Positions 50,143 to 63,420 of a stretch of DNA of 64,000 nt are shown here, in pieces; the stretch's first letter is position 1, and every line of letters starts with the position of its first letter. The translations under genes were made by a program, and so were the position numbers. The notes beneath the pieces were generated by a model. The model was not told the DNA's origin. It searched no databases and worked only from the letters and a program-made list of their open reading frames with translations. The DNA is from Octopus sinensis (lineage: Eukaryota), in NCBI RefSeq assembly GCF_006345805.1, contig NC_043022.1, positions 21,390,001 to 21,454,000 on the forward strand, read 5' to 3'.

Positions 50143-50447
50143 GTGACTGTGTGGTAAGAAGCTTGCTTCCCAACCACATGGTTCCAACTGCGTAACACCC
50201 TGGGCAAGTGTCTTCTACTGTGGCCTCAGGCTGAGCAAAGCCTTGTGAATGGATTTGGTATACAGAAACTGAAAGAAGGCAGTGAACTGGCAGAAATGTT
50301 AGCACGCTGGGCAAAATGCTTAGCGGTATTTCGTCTGCCGTTACATTCTGAGTTCAAATTCCGCCGAGGTCGACTTTGCCTTTCATTGTTTAGCCTATGT
50401 TTAGCCCCTTGTGGGCAATAAAGAAATAAGAAACTGAAAGAAGTCAG

Positions 50448-50486
<39 letters not shown>

Positions 50487-50730
50487 TATATATATATTTG
50501 TATGTGAGTGTGTCTTTGTATCTGTGTTTGTACCCCACCACCGCTTGACAACCCGTGCTGGTATGTTTATGTCTCCGTGACTTAGCAGTTTAACAAAAGT
50601 GACTGATAGAATAACTACCAAGCTTTAAAACGAAGAAAAATGTACCGGGGTCGATTCATTCAACAAAAAATTCTTCAAGGCAGTGCCCCAGCATGGCCAC
50701 AGTCTCATGGCTGAAACAAGCAAAAGATAA
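50143..50730 (+). mobile_element. SINE family A with nested family B (50279-50428)
   Basis: 15-bp direct repeat agaaactgaaagaag at 50264-50278 and 50429-50443. Confidence 0.8.
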
Positions 50731-50904
50731 ACTGTAAAAAATATACTACGCAGACAATATTAATAAACACTGTCTGTGTCCATTGATATGTCAGCACCAC
50801 TAACACCACCACTCAACGGACATTGTCATGTACTTCATAGATGCTATCAAAAACAAGGCATTCCTATTTATTTATTTATTCATTTATATCTAATTGTCTG
50901 TCTG

Positions 50905-51331
50905 ACTGTGTAGCTATCTATCTATTTATCTATCAATCTATATCTATCTATTTATCTATTTGTCTAACTAATTGTCTGTCTGACTGAGCATCTATCTATC
51001 AATCTATATCTATCTATCTATCTATCTATCTGTCTATCTATCTATCTATCAATCTATATCTATCTATCTATCGATGTCTGTCTGCCTGTGTATCTGTCTA
51101 TCTATCTATTTATCTATTCTATCTATATCTATCTATTTATCTATTTATCTAACCATCTAATTGTCTGTCTGACTGAGTATCTATCTATCTATATCTATCA
51201 ATTTATCTACCTGTCTGTCTCACTGTGTAGCAATCTAACAATCTATATCTATCTATCTATCTATCTATCGATCTATCTGTCTGTCTGTCTCTCTATCTAT
51301 CTATGAATCTATATCTATCTAACTATCAATC

Positions 51332-51363
<32 letters not shown>

Positions 51364-51632
51364 TCTATCTGTCTGTCTGTCTATCTATCTATGAATCTAT
51401 ATCTATCTAACTATCAATCTCTGTCTGTCTGTCTATCTATCTATCTGTCTGTCTATCTGTCTATCTGTCTGCCTGCCTGTCTATCTATCAATGAATCTAT
51501 ATCTATCTAACTATCAATCTCTGTCTGTCTGTCTATCTATCTACCTGCCTGTCTATCTGTCTGTCTGTCTGTCTATCTGTCTATCTATCTATGAATCTAT
51601 ATCTATCTATCTAACTATCAATCTCTGTCTGC

Positions 51633-51693
<61 letters not shown>

Positions 51694-51715
51694 AATCTCT
51701 ATCTATCTATTATCT
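50905..51715. repeat. Complex (TCTA)n/(TCTG)n microsatellite
   Basis: Direct reading. Confidence 0.95.
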
Positions 51716-52006
51716 CACTTCAATAATCAATGAGGCCTGTGTAATATCCAAACATATAAGATGGAATCACAATGTCTGGCTGCTTACCTGTTTGTCTGTC
51801 CATATCTAACTACACATCTTACCTTACCCTACGTAAATGTACGATATAGATAATATTTGAAAAATAATGTCTTCTAACAAATATATGCACATACTCTCAC
51901 CAATCAATAAACCCACGAAATGTGCTGTATAGATAATATTTAAAAATATTGTCTGATTCTATCAATCTGTTTTTGCATGTATACGTGTGCATTCCTGTAC
52001 ACATAT

Positions 52007-52043
<37 letters not shown>

Positions 52044-52465
52044 ATACACACACACACATGTCGATCAATCAGTTCACAGACAGGTAGTTACCTTCCTCAA
52101 TCAATAAACCCAGTCTAATATACTACATAGATGTTTTATATACACAATTTTAAAGTATTCTGTCGGCCTGTTTGCTTGTCTGTCTGTCTGTCACTACCCC
52201 CTTCTCCCCACTCCATGAATAACTCTTATGTTTTGTAACTACTTAGACATTCTTCTATCACTATGGCAACCATCTCTGTTTCTCCGAGACAGCCCACTGC
52301 ATATCCCCTGGACACAAGCCCACTTGTCCCACACAACTCGTCCCCCAAAAAGCTCATTTATTGTCTCACCTTTCTTAGATACCTGGCTTAATCCTTCTTT
52401 ACACCTGAAGCCTTTGGAATGAACACTGCCCATCCGCAAAATATATACGCAAATGACAGTTTGTT

Positions 52466-52546
<81 letters not shown>

Positions 52547-53276
52547 CTCTGTTGTGAAGACATGTGGCCTATTGGTTAGACTGTTGCACTCCCAATAGCT
52601 AGATTGTGGGTTTGATTCGTTGACTGGGCAGCACATTGTGTTCTTGAGCAAAACACATTTGGTTACTCTTTCTAACAGAGCAAATAGTCATCAAGAGGGT
52701 CCCTCATTCACTTGAATAAGTACCAGAATTATAATGAATTTGATTTCATCAACAAATTTGTGGTCACTTTCGAATTCTTCATTACAGCTTATAAACATAT
52801 ATAATAAAATTATAATAAAAAATAATGTATTTATTGTGTACAGTACTCAGGTGCACTAAATTGGCTCCAGCATTATTTCAACTCAAAACACAGAAAGGAA
52901 GAAACTTGATAAAACATTCAGACAACTTTATATAGACCATTTCAACACTAAGAGAAGGTACAGGACACATATTTCAAGAGAGAGTGCAATTGATTCAATT
53001 AATTGAATTAATTGGAAAATTGACAAACAGAGTTGGCATCACAGCATAGCACAAGATATCTTAACTGTCAGTGGACCAATTATATATCAATCCACAAGCC
53101 TTCAGAGACCCAGATCATAATAATTTTTTCTAAGATAGTTGCAAGGCCAGAAATTGGGAGATCTGATTAAATAACTCCGAAAGGATAAAAGGCAAAGCCG
53201 ACCTTAGTGTAATTTGAACTCAAGAGTATAAAGAGCCACAACAAAATACTGATTTAAAATTTTGGCACAAGACCCA

Positions 53277-53695
53277 CGTAGGAGTGGCTGTGTGGTAAGT
53301 AGCTTGCTTACAAACCACATGGTTCCGAGTTCAGTCCCACTGCGTGGCACCTTGGGCAAGTGTCTTCTACTATAACCTCGGGCCGACCAAAGCCTTGTGA
53401 GTGGATTTGGTAGATGGAAACAGTAAGAAGCCCGTCGTATGTATATATATATATGTATGTATATGTATGTGTGTGTATATGTTTGTGTGTCTGTATTTGT
53501 CCCCCCAACATCACTTGAAAATCGATGCTGGTGTGTTTACGTTCCTGTAACTTAGCGGTTTGACAAAAGAGACCGACAGAATAAGTACTAGGCTTCCAAA
53601 GAATAAGCCCTGGGGTCGATTTGCTCGACTAAAGCCGGTGCTCCAGCATGGCCACAGTCAAATGACTGAAACAAGTAGAAAAGAGTAGAAGAGTA
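53277..53695 (+). mobile_element. SINE family A, full length, with family B remnants on both sides
   Basis: Consensus match; B remnants at ~53130-53275 and ~53700-54110. Confidence 0.85.
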
Positions 53696-54243
53696 ATTCG
53701 GGGGAGGGGGTAAGTCAGTTACATCAACCTCAGTACTTATTTACCATTGACCACTGGTACTTATTTTATTGAACTTGAAAGGAAGAAAGGCAAAGTCAGC
53801 CTCAGCAGCATTTGAACTCAGAACAACGAAATCCCTCAAAGCATTTTGCTCAGCAAGCTAACCCTTTTGACAGCTTGCCACAACTAAATATCGGTTTCTG
53901 ATTTTGGCACAAGGCCAGCAATTTTGGGAGAGGGATAAGTCAATTACATCAATCTCTGTGCTGCTTCACTGGTACTTATTTTATCGACCCTAAAGGATGA
54001 AAAGCAAAGTTGTCCTCGGTGGTATTTGAACTCAGAACATAGACACAAAATGTCACTAGGTATTTCACTCGGCATGCTAACCATTCTGCCAGCTCACTGC
54101 CTTGCCACAACTAAATATCCCAAGGCATTTTGTACAATGATTCTCCTAACTCATTTACCTTAACCCTTTCGTTACCATACTTATTTTGAGACGCTCTGTG
54201 GTTCTTTCAAGTATTTTAAATATAACAAAGAGTTTAGTAAAAT

Positions 54244-54612
54244 CTAAGTCGGATGTAGCGGGTTCGTTGGACACAGTGTGAGACGACTGTTGTTATCACT
54301 AGGCCTAACTCATCGTAAAGCCAATACCACCATGACTGATATCCAATCTACAGTGGAGAAGGCTAGCCACTGGATTTAGTTAAAAAGAGACGATGAGCGA
54401 TGGCTAGAAGGATATTGAACTTAACTTCATAACCAGCTGATCTAGCAAGCGGGCCCTCATATCAGTGAGGGGAGCCAGTGCGCATTGATGCCGTCGAGAG
54501 GTAGGCCCCGAAACGGCGCACATTCTCTCCTGATGACCCCATACACTTGCTGGCTTCCGGTATACGGAGCTTTTGACTGGTAGCACTTGCATGTGCAAGT
54601 TGTTTGCAAGAC
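54244..54612 (+). mobile_element. HERO-like (RLE) non-LTR retrotransposon 3' end
   Basis: GCSGFVGHSVRRLLLSLG...TVEKASHWI*LKRDDERW resembles the EVGCRGF...ASxWLWLKR C-terminus; followed by 3' UTR. Confidence 0.7.
54489..54544 (+). ncRNA. Hammerhead core in permuted, pseudoknotted strand order (candidate)
   Basis: gccgt-C-gagag ... GAA-acggc ... ctctc-CTGATGA; stems I and III cross; stem II imperfect. Confidence 0.45.
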
Positions 54613-54821
54613 AACTTAGTTACCATTAAGCTAGTGTTAGGAACATAAATTGTGACTAAGGTTTGGTGGAGGATTTTAATTCAAAACTTATGGGAAAAAG
54701 AAATTTGTACTACAGAGCCAGAGGCAGTTTGAGCCGGGTTGGTAATGGAAGGGTTAAACCAGACCATAATAATATGACTTTGGATCAGCAATATTATGAA
54801 TTTTGCAACATAGAAATTTAG

Positions 54822-55148
54822 TTTGGGCAAGTGTCTTCTACTATAGCCTCAGGCTGACCAAAGCCTTGTGAGTGGATTTGGTAGATGGAAACTGAAAGAA
54901 GCCCGTCATATATGTGTATATATGTGTGTGTTTGTGTGTTTGTGTGTCTGTGTTTGTCCCCCTAGCATTGCTTGACAACCGATGGTGTTGTGTTTATGTC
55001 CCCGTTACTTAGCAGTTCGGCAAAAGAGACCGATAGAATAAGTACTGTGCTTACAAAAGAATAAGTCCCAGGGTCGAGTTGCTCGACTAAAGGCGGTGCT
55101 CCAGCATGGCCGCAGTCAAATGACTGAAACAAGTAAAAGAGTAAAAGA
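54822..55148 (+). mobile_element. SINE family A, 5'-truncated
   Basis: Starts at tgggcaagtgtcttc; full tail. Confidence 0.85.
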
Positions 55149-55432
55149 AGTATAGTTCATTAAAAGTAAAAACAATCGTTATGATGGCAGACTGATGTAA
55201 ATTGTGCTTTAGGCATTGTTACAAATAAATTCATGACTTGAAGAAAATTCTTTTTATTTTATGAAATACTGGGCTTGTTTTTAAGGAAGAGAACAAATAA
55301 TAAATGAAATAGAGAAACGAAATTAGATAGAGTTAAGTACTGAGAACATAAAATAAATCATGACAAAACATTTACTATTCATAAAAAAAGAGAACCTATT
55401 TTAGAAATAGAAATTTCAGCCACAGAAAGATA

Positions 55433-55532
<100 letters not shown>

Positions 55533-55769
55533 ATCTATCTCCCTTCTCTCTCAAACACACACACACACATAAAGGGCAATGACAAACTGTAAATGTTTGA
55601 GTCGAGAGTTTTCAATTGTATATAAATGCAATCCAGATTTAAATATGTAAGTCACTCTACAAACACAAACATTCTATTTACATAGGTTTGCTTTTTTTTT
55701 TAAGGGAAATGAAAAATGTTTCAGCTTAATTTAATAACACAGCAGCAGCAGGATGGGGAGGGGGGAGGA

Positions 55770-55968
55770 CGAAGAAGAAGAAGAAGAAGAAGAAGAAGAA
55801 GAAGAAGAAGAAAAGAAGAAGAAGAAGAAGAAGAAGGAGAAAAAGAAGAAGAAGAAGAAGAAGAAGAAGAAGAAAAGAAGAAGAAGAAGAAGAAGAAGAA
55901 GAAGAAGAAGAAGAAAAGAAGAAGAAGAAAAAGAAGAAGACAAAGAAGAAGAAGACAAAGAAGAAGTC
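55770..55968. repeat. (GAA)n tract, ~200 bp
   Basis: Direct reading. Confidence 0.95.
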
Positions 55969-56334
55969 TAGCATGGACACTATAACAAAATGAGATGAGA
56001 TTTATGGCTATTAGTATATTATAAAGCAAATTTGAACACTGTTTTGATGGAATGAACACCATATGTTTAAATTATAACATGCTCTGTTGATTCATAGTAC
56101 AGAAAATCTTGTCATTCATTCAGTTCAACATTTGAAGTCCATTATTTCCCTGCTGGCACAGCTTGGGTGAGAAATGATTTTGAGGTAGAATTTTTATGAC
56201 CAGATGCTCTTCCTGTCACCGAACTTCAATTATTTTTCAGATAAAGGATTTTCACATTCCACATTTCTTTGAAGTATAGAGCAAGCAATGATGTTGTCAT
56301 CAAGAAATATCAACACCACCATCACTTCTTCATT

Positions 56335-56695
56335 CATGGTTCTGGGTTCAGTCCCACTGTGTGACACCTTGGGGGGCAAGTGTCTTCTACTATAGCCTCG
56401 GGCAGACCAAAGCCTTGTGAGTGGCTTTGGAAGATGGAAACTGAAAGAAGCCCATCATATATATATATATTTGTGTGTGTGTAAATGTTTGTGTGTCGGT
56501 GTTTGTGCCCCCAACATCACTTGACAACCAATGCTGGTGTGTTTACGTCCCCGTCTCATAGCGGTTCAGCAAGAGAGACCGATAGAATAAGTACTAGGCT
56601 TACAAAGAATAAGTCCCGGGGTCGATTTGCTCGACTAAAGGCGGTGCTCCAGTATGGCCACAACCAAATGACTGAAACAGATAAAAGAATAAAAG
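56335..56695 (+). mobile_element. SINE family A
   Basis: Consensus match, slightly 5'-truncated. Confidence 0.8.
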
Positions 56696-56870
56696 TACCC
56701 AAAAACCAGAATTGAGAAAATATATACCAAATGAAATACTGGTTTCAATTTAACTGATTACACCACTTCTGACCATAAAAAAATGTGTGACCTAATACTT
56801 ATCTAAGAAGGCATTATCATAAATATATAAATAAATAAATAAACAGTTGCATCTATTGCAGTATAAGTGC

Positions 56871-56921
<51 letters not shown>

Positions 56922-57521
56922 AAGTTCCTACATTTGCTAATGGAGGCAGGCACCTCATTTAGCGAAACAGACTGGGCCATGCCATCACGCTATTATGTTG
57001 GCCAGTCTCAAAAATTGAAGCACACACAAAGATATGTATGGTTTGGAGTCAAGGAAGAGCGAAAGCAATTAAATAGTTTAAAACATCAGAAAAATATGTA
57101 AAAAAAAAAAAAAAAAAAAAAAACAACAAAAAGCACCTGCTGTTTACAAGCATGTTAAAGAAAAACTGGTGTATTTATTTAATCACTGTTGTTAATAGTG
57201 TGAACAAGAGTAAAAGCCATTTTTATATAATTGTTATTTCTTCTTTTTATTTCTTGCGTTTATTTTATTTGTTAAGACTGACTCTGTAGGGTGCCATGTG
57301 TGATGTGGTTGAACAGACAGATATGTGCCAGACCTACTCATATCACTGTTTGTTTCTCCATGGTTCAGTGTATATTTTTTATTTATTTTATTCAAAACAT
57401 AACAAACTGAATGCTTTTTTATTACTTACTGTGGAGCCTATTAATAAGAATGAAACACACACACACACATACACACACATGTACGCATGCACGCACACAC
57501 ACACACACGCGCCTGCACGCG

Positions 57522-57552
<31 letters not shown>

Positions 57553-57632
57553 ACATGTACGCATGCACGCACATACGTGCACACACACACACACACGTAC
57601 GCATGCACGCACACACACACACATGTACGCAT

Positions 57633-57672
<40 letters not shown>

Positions 57673-57924
57673 GCATTATCCTTTCCATCCTTGTCATGAT
57701 GTCTACTTCCGAACTGCTCACCCGACCAGCTAAGTACTTTTGAAGTCTTCAGCAAAATTCAATTTGGAAATCCTAAATATGAAAATGGCAGCAACATATG
57801 ACAAATGAATAATGCCTTTATGGAAACCTACTGAAAGTTAGGTTTCAGTGAGATCAGGTAAAGAGAGCAGCAATTATCTGGTCATTGTGTGTACCACCCT
57901 GACCTGGAAACCATTTCAGAGTGA

Positions 57925-58060
57925 CATTAGAAGAGAAAAATGTCATCAAACTTACATCAACTTGATTGCTGACACTGTCCTGGAATGTATCCAGGACATC
58001 AAGGCAGTGATGTTGGTCTGAGAAGTGTGGTGGGTGGACTTAGTTGTTGTGAACCAGACT
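57925..58060 (+). mobile_element. Old RTE C-terminal remnant, second copy at ~59240-59365
   Basis: Shared cctggaatgtatccaggac...aaggcagtgatgttgg...tgagaagtgtggtgg; reads GLECIQDLKAVMLD*EVW. Confidence 0.55.
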
Positions 58061-58074
58061 GGAACCCAGTCATA

Positions 58075-58076
58075 AT

Positions 58077-58107
<31 letters not shown>

Positions 58108-58490
58108 GTTTAACGTCCGCTTTCCATGCTAGCATGGGTTGGACGGTTCAAGTGGGGTCTGGGAAGCCAGAAGGCTGCACCAGACTCCAATCTGATCTGG
58201 CAGTGTTTCTGCAGCTGGATGCCCTTCCTAACGCCAACCACTCCGTGAGTGTAGTGGGTGCTTTTTATGTTAATAATAATAATCCTTTCTACTGGAAGCA
58301 CAAGGCCTCAAATTTGGGGGAAAGGGATTAAGTCGATTAGATCGACCCCAGTACATAACTGGTACTAATTTAATCGACCCTGAAAGGATGAAAGGCAAAG
58401 TCGACCTCAGTGGAATTTGAACTCAGAACATAAAGACAGATGAAATACCGCTAAGCATTTCGCCCGGTATGCTAACGTTTCTACTAGCTT
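58075..58490 (-). mobile_element. Family C copy (58075-58270) followed by family B copy (58282-58490)
   Basis: Both match window consensus sequences. Confidence 0.8.
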
Positions 58491-59168
58491 GAATAGCATC
58501 ATATCCATGTGTTGAAAGGAATTCTTAGAGGTTTGGAGAATTCACCTTTGGAAGCATAGGTGGTTCATTCAATATCCTTAAACTATCCTTATTCAGGGAC
58601 CTTTTGAGCGGGATGGGTTATTTGACCAGAAGAAAATTCTAACTGGGCTCCACCTGCAAGGTCATGCACTGTTTATCTTGATGTGAGATCACCACGTCGT
58701 GCACATATGGTTGTGATGCATGTGCCTAGTGTACCCTTATCAGACGGGTAGTCATGATGGGTATACTGGGCTTTGTATATTTTACCCCAGTGTCACTTTG
58801 ATGGTATGCACTGCTCTCTCACTCAATAATAACAATAATAATAATAAAAATAGTATCATAACCGTGAGTTGAAAGGAATTCTTAGAGGTTTGGAGAATTC
58901 ACCTTTGGAAGCATAGGTGGTTCATTCAATATGCTTAAACAATCCTTATTCAGGGACCTTTTGAGCGGGATGGGTTATATGACCAGAAGAAAATTCTAAC
59001 TGGGCCCCACTTGCAATGTCATGCATTGTTTATCTTGATATGAGATCACCATGTTGTGCACATATGGTTGTGATGCATGTGCCTAGTGTACCCTTATCAG
59101 AAGGGTAGTCATGATGGGTATACTGGGCTTCGTATATTTTACCCCAGTGTCACTCTGATGTCTCACTC
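58491..59168 (+). mobile_element. Two tandem 5'-truncated family D copies (58491-58824 and ~58851-59168)
   Basis: Both start near tagcatcat...gttgaaaggaattc and end at cactc(AAT)n. Confidence 0.8.
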
Positions 59169-59387
59169 AATAATAATAATAAACTGGGTACCCTGAATTG
59201 GAAGCATCCAAATTACTCTCATGGAGCCCACTTCATGGTAATGCTAGAAGAGGAAAATGTCATCACATTTACACCGGCAACATGATTGCAGACAATGGCC
59301 TGGAATGTATCCAGGACCTCAAGGCAGTGATGTTGGACTGAGAAGTGTGGTGGATGGACTTTGTTGCTACAGCCTGGGTAACATTAT

Positions 59388-59750
59388 CTGTTACTTGTTT
59401 CAGTCATTAGACTACGGCTATGCTGGAGCACCACTTTGAATAACTTTTAGTTGAAATAATTAGTTGGCCCCAGCACTTAAATTTGTTGAACTTAGTACTT
59501 ATTCTATCGGTCTCTTTTGCTGAACTGCTAAGTTACAGGGACATAAGCACATCAACACCAGTTGTCAAGCAGTGGTAGTGGGGGGACAAGCATTAACAGA
59601 AACACACACACACACACACACACACGATGGGCTTCTTTCAGTTTCTCCTTACCAAATCCACTCATAAAACTTTGGTCAGCCTGATGCTGTAGTAGAAGTC
59701 ACTGACCCAGGGTGTCACACTGTGGGACTGAACCTGGAACCATGCAGTGG
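59388..59750 (-). mobile_element. SINE family A, diverged
   Basis: Reverse complement of consensus. Confidence 0.7.
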
Positions 59751-59920
59751 GATTGAACTTAAAGCCATGTTTCTGAGAAATCCATTTCTTAATCATATAC
59801 CCATGTCGCTGTGAGGGGGGAAGAGAGAGAGAGAGACAGACAGACAGACACACACACACACACATACACGTGCATGCACTCACACACACACGTGTGCGCG
59901 CGCATGCATATACACACACA

Positions 59921-60087
59921 CAGCAGAACCAGAGCAAAATTCTGTAAATAATCTACACACACACGTGCACGCACACACACATGCGCATATACACACACAC
60001 ACACACACATACACAGCAGAACCAGAGCAAAATTCTGTAATCTACACACACGCACACACACATGTGTGCGCGCACAACACACACACA

Positions 60088-60118
<31 letters not shown>

Positions 60119-60155
60119 CACAGCAGAACCAGAGCAAAATTCTGTAAATAATCTA
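59921..60155. repeat. 27-bp core repeated 3 times with CA-microsatellite spacers
   Basis: cagcagaaccagagcaaaattctgtaa at 59921, 60014 and 60121. Confidence 0.9.
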
Positions 60156-60366
60156 AGAGAGTAAAAAAGAGGAGGGTGGAAGGAACTGAAAGGATAAATT
60201 CTATTTAGATAGAAAATTGTAAATAGTAACATGGAAAGTAATTGGAAATTAGAAAATATCTGACAGCGAATTCTGCATTTAAATTATCCAGCCAATGAAA
60301 GCTCAGAGATCAAATTAGTTTGGAAATGTAACAGACATAGTACTAATACCACTACAACAATATCTG

Positions 60367-60429
<63 letters not shown>

Positions 60430-60814
60430 CTATTCCTACCACATGAACGAATTAGAGCAGAATTAATGTATATGATGTCTGGTGTATTTGGAGTTCTAAT
60501 TTCAAGGAAATGGAACTTGTCTTGTAGGTAAGAGAAAGCAGTCATATGGAAACGGAGAATTAGATCAATTAGAGAGAGAGGGAGAGAGAAAAAGAGAGAT
60601 ACAGACAGACAGACATAAACATATTGCACTATATTAAATAATAGGAACAGACAAATGTGTGTATATATATAAAGGATAACAAGCAGTGGATATATATGTA
60701 TGTATATGTACACATATACACACATATATACACACACACACAGAGTTTTAGTTTCTGATGAGCTATATGAAACAGTAAAAGCATAAAGTGTTTGCTAAAA
60801 CAATAAATAAATCG

Positions 60815-61163
60815 TGGCACTCCATCCGTTACAATGATGAGGGTTCCAGTTGATCCGATCAATGGAACAGCCTGCTTGTGAAATTACCGTGCTAGTGGTT
60901 GAGCACTCTACAGACACGTGTGCCCTTAATGTAGTTCTCGAGAAGATTCAGCATGACACAGAGTGTGACAAGGCTGTCCCTTTGAAATACAGGTACAACA
61001 AAAACAGGAAGAAAGAGTGAGAGAAAGTTGTGGTACAGCAGGGTTCTCCACCACCCCCTGTCGGAGCCTCATGGAGCTTAAGGCATTTTCACTCAATAAA
61101 TACTCACAACGCACAGTCCAGGAATCGAAACCGCGAGTCCACTGGGCCACTGAGCCGCCACAC
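60815..61163 (-). mobile_element. SINE with family E head and a third type of 3' part
   Basis: Reverse complement of ggcggctcagtggcccagtggactcgcggtttcgattcc at 61125-61163. Confidence 0.6.
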
Positions 61164-61339
61164 ACACACATGCATATATATATATATATATATTGTATAT
61201 TGTTATATTCTGGGATTGTCATTGTTTTTGTCAAATAAACAAATGCACTACTACAGATCTATTTTATTATTGTTCTTATTTTATGTCCTATGTCTGGAAA
61301 TCTTCCGTCACACATCCTGTAACTTCTTCGTGTATATAT

Positions 61340-61830
61340 ATATATATATATATATATATGATAGGACATAGAAGTGGACCTAGAGGAGAGACTGCAGTTT
61401 CCCCAGGTCATCCAGAGAACCTTTATGTTAGATGTGGTTCTGTGGTCTGAAAAGACCAAGAAAATTATCTTAAATGAACTCACAGCAGTCCTGCAGGAAG
61501 AGGGTCCTGCGGGAAGTGTGGGGTGTGATGAGGCCCATGAACAGAAACACGCAGGCAGAAGGGATGGTAGGTAAAGCTTTTCCTAGTTGAGGTCAGTTGT
61601 AGGGGATTATCTGCTCAGTCGGCATGGAGGAGATTACAGCCATTCGAATGAGAGGAAAGGAGTGAAGGGTGGAAGAAGCAGCTGAAAGAGCCTCTTGTTG
61701 GCTTTGGAGCAAGAGAGAGGAGTTCAACTGGAAACCAGGAGGAGATGAGGAGCAGTGACTAAACCACCTCTGCTGGACAACAGCAGGGTGTTGCACTTCA
61801 GGGTCAAAACACCCAATGGCACTATGTATG
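61340..61830 (+). mobile_element. Second HERO-like non-LTR retrotransposon 3' end, decayed
   Basis: VDLEERLQFP...DVVLWSEKTKKIILNELT...GCDEAHEQK...GW*...VEVSCRG...EEAAERASCWLWSKRE (RLE PD..E.K region). Confidence 0.75.
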
Positions 61831-62627
61831 ACAAGGCTGAGCCTTTTGAATTTCATTCAGGGCTTACTATGCTAGAGGACCCTGACACTATCCCAACACC
61901 CACCAACTGCACAGTGAGATTTAATCTCAAAATCCTGAGATTATGAAGCAATCATTCTCAACCATTTGGCTATGCCTACACACCCCTTTCACTAAAGTAG
62001 AAATGTTGAAGTTGTGACTGTGTGGTAAGAAGCTTGCTTCCCAAACTCATGGGTCCAGGTTCAGTCCCACTGCATGCCACTTTGGGCAAGTGTCTTCTAC
62101 TATAGGTAAAAGACAAAAGGAACCTATCCATGGCTGCATAACTTGCTAGAAATAGTAGCCAAAATTTTTCTCAAACTAAAGTCTACAGTGTTAAAAAGTT
62201 AAGGAACACATTGACTAATAAAGTAGTCATACATAAATTATATCCGAATCTAAAACTGGATGATCATGGCTGGAATGTCTTCGATCATAGTTCTACAGGC
62301 TGGTTGCTAGGCAGACAGGTAGGTTCAGACTGTTGATGCTTTTCACTTGCTATGACTTCTTCATATTACAGCAGGTTAAAGAAAGTTGGGATTTGCTATA
62401 AAAAAAAACTCGTTTCTGATTTAGGCACAAGGCCAGCAATTTGGAAAGGAGATGGTTACTTGACTACATTAACCCCAGTATTTGACTAGCACTTTAATTT
62501 ATCAACTACAGAAAAATGGAAGCAAAGTTGACCTACCCTGGTGAGATTTCAATTCAGAAACAAATACTGCAAGACATTGTTTCCAACGCTCAGACAATTC
62601 TGCCAGCTTGCTTTTTAAATATATATA

Positions 62628-63035
62628 TAGTGGCTGTGTGGTAAGTAGCTTGCTAACCAACCACATGGTTCCGGGTTCAGTTCCACTGCGTGGCACCTTT
62701 GGCAAGTGTCTTCTACTATAGCATCGGGCCGACCAAAGCCTTGTGAATGGATTTGGTAGACAGAAACTGAAAGAAACCCATCGTATATATGTATATATAT
62801 GTGTGTGTGTTTGTGTGTGTCTGTGTTTGTCCCCCCCCCAACATCGTTTGACAACCGATGCTGGTGTGTTTACGTCCCCGTAACTTAGTGGTTCGGCAAA
62901 AGAGACCGATAGAATAAGTACTAGGCTTACAAAGAATAAGTCCTAGGAGTCAATTTGCTCAACTAAAGGCGGTGCTCCAGCATGGCCGCAGTCAAATGAC
63001 TGAGACAAGTAAAAGAGTAAAAAAGAGTAAAAAGT
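62628..63035 (+). mobile_element. SINE family A, full length
   Basis: Consensus match. Confidence 0.85.
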
Positions 63036-63067
63036 ATATATATATATATATATATATAAATATATAT

Positions 63068-63420
63068 AGGGTAAAAGGTAAAGACCCCATTCGGTCTTGA
63101 ATGACTATGGGATTGCACCTAGAAAGTCCCCCCCCCCCTAGGCACAAGTCTAGGCAAGATTGTTTATGGAAGACCAGAAGCCAGCTATGCATACCAGCCT
63201 GCCCTCTCCACACCACAGGAAAGGAAAAGACCAATACAATACAGCTTGGCACCAGTGACATTGGAACTCGCTTCTACAGATGAGTGGACTGGAGCTATGT
63301 GAAAAAAATAAAAATTCCTGTGTTGCTCAAGAACACAACACACAGCCCAGACCTGGAATCGAACTCACTATCTTACGATCATGAGTTCAATGCTCTAACT
63401 ACTGGGCCATGTGCCTTCAC
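63068..63420 (-). mobile_element. tRNA-derived SINE related to 42517-42818
   Basis: Reverse complement head gtgaaggcacatggcccagtagttagagc. Confidence 0.7.

Larger units (their letters stand above)
54160..54757. mobile_element. TTAA-flanked (piggyBac-type) MITE carrying a ~370-bp insertion
   Basis: ttaaccctttcgttacca ... tggtaatggaagggttaa; insert ~54244-54612 is absent from the related copy at 17727. Confidence 0.8.

Noticed and set aside
55716-56062. Glu/Lys/Arg-rich and Phe/Ser/Leu-rich ORFs
   Set aside because: Translations of the (GAA)n tract.
60515-60535. Plus-strand AG|GTAAG recursive-splice-like site
   Set aside because: Short, interrupted polypyrimidine tract, and opposite strand to the stronger 23690 candidate.
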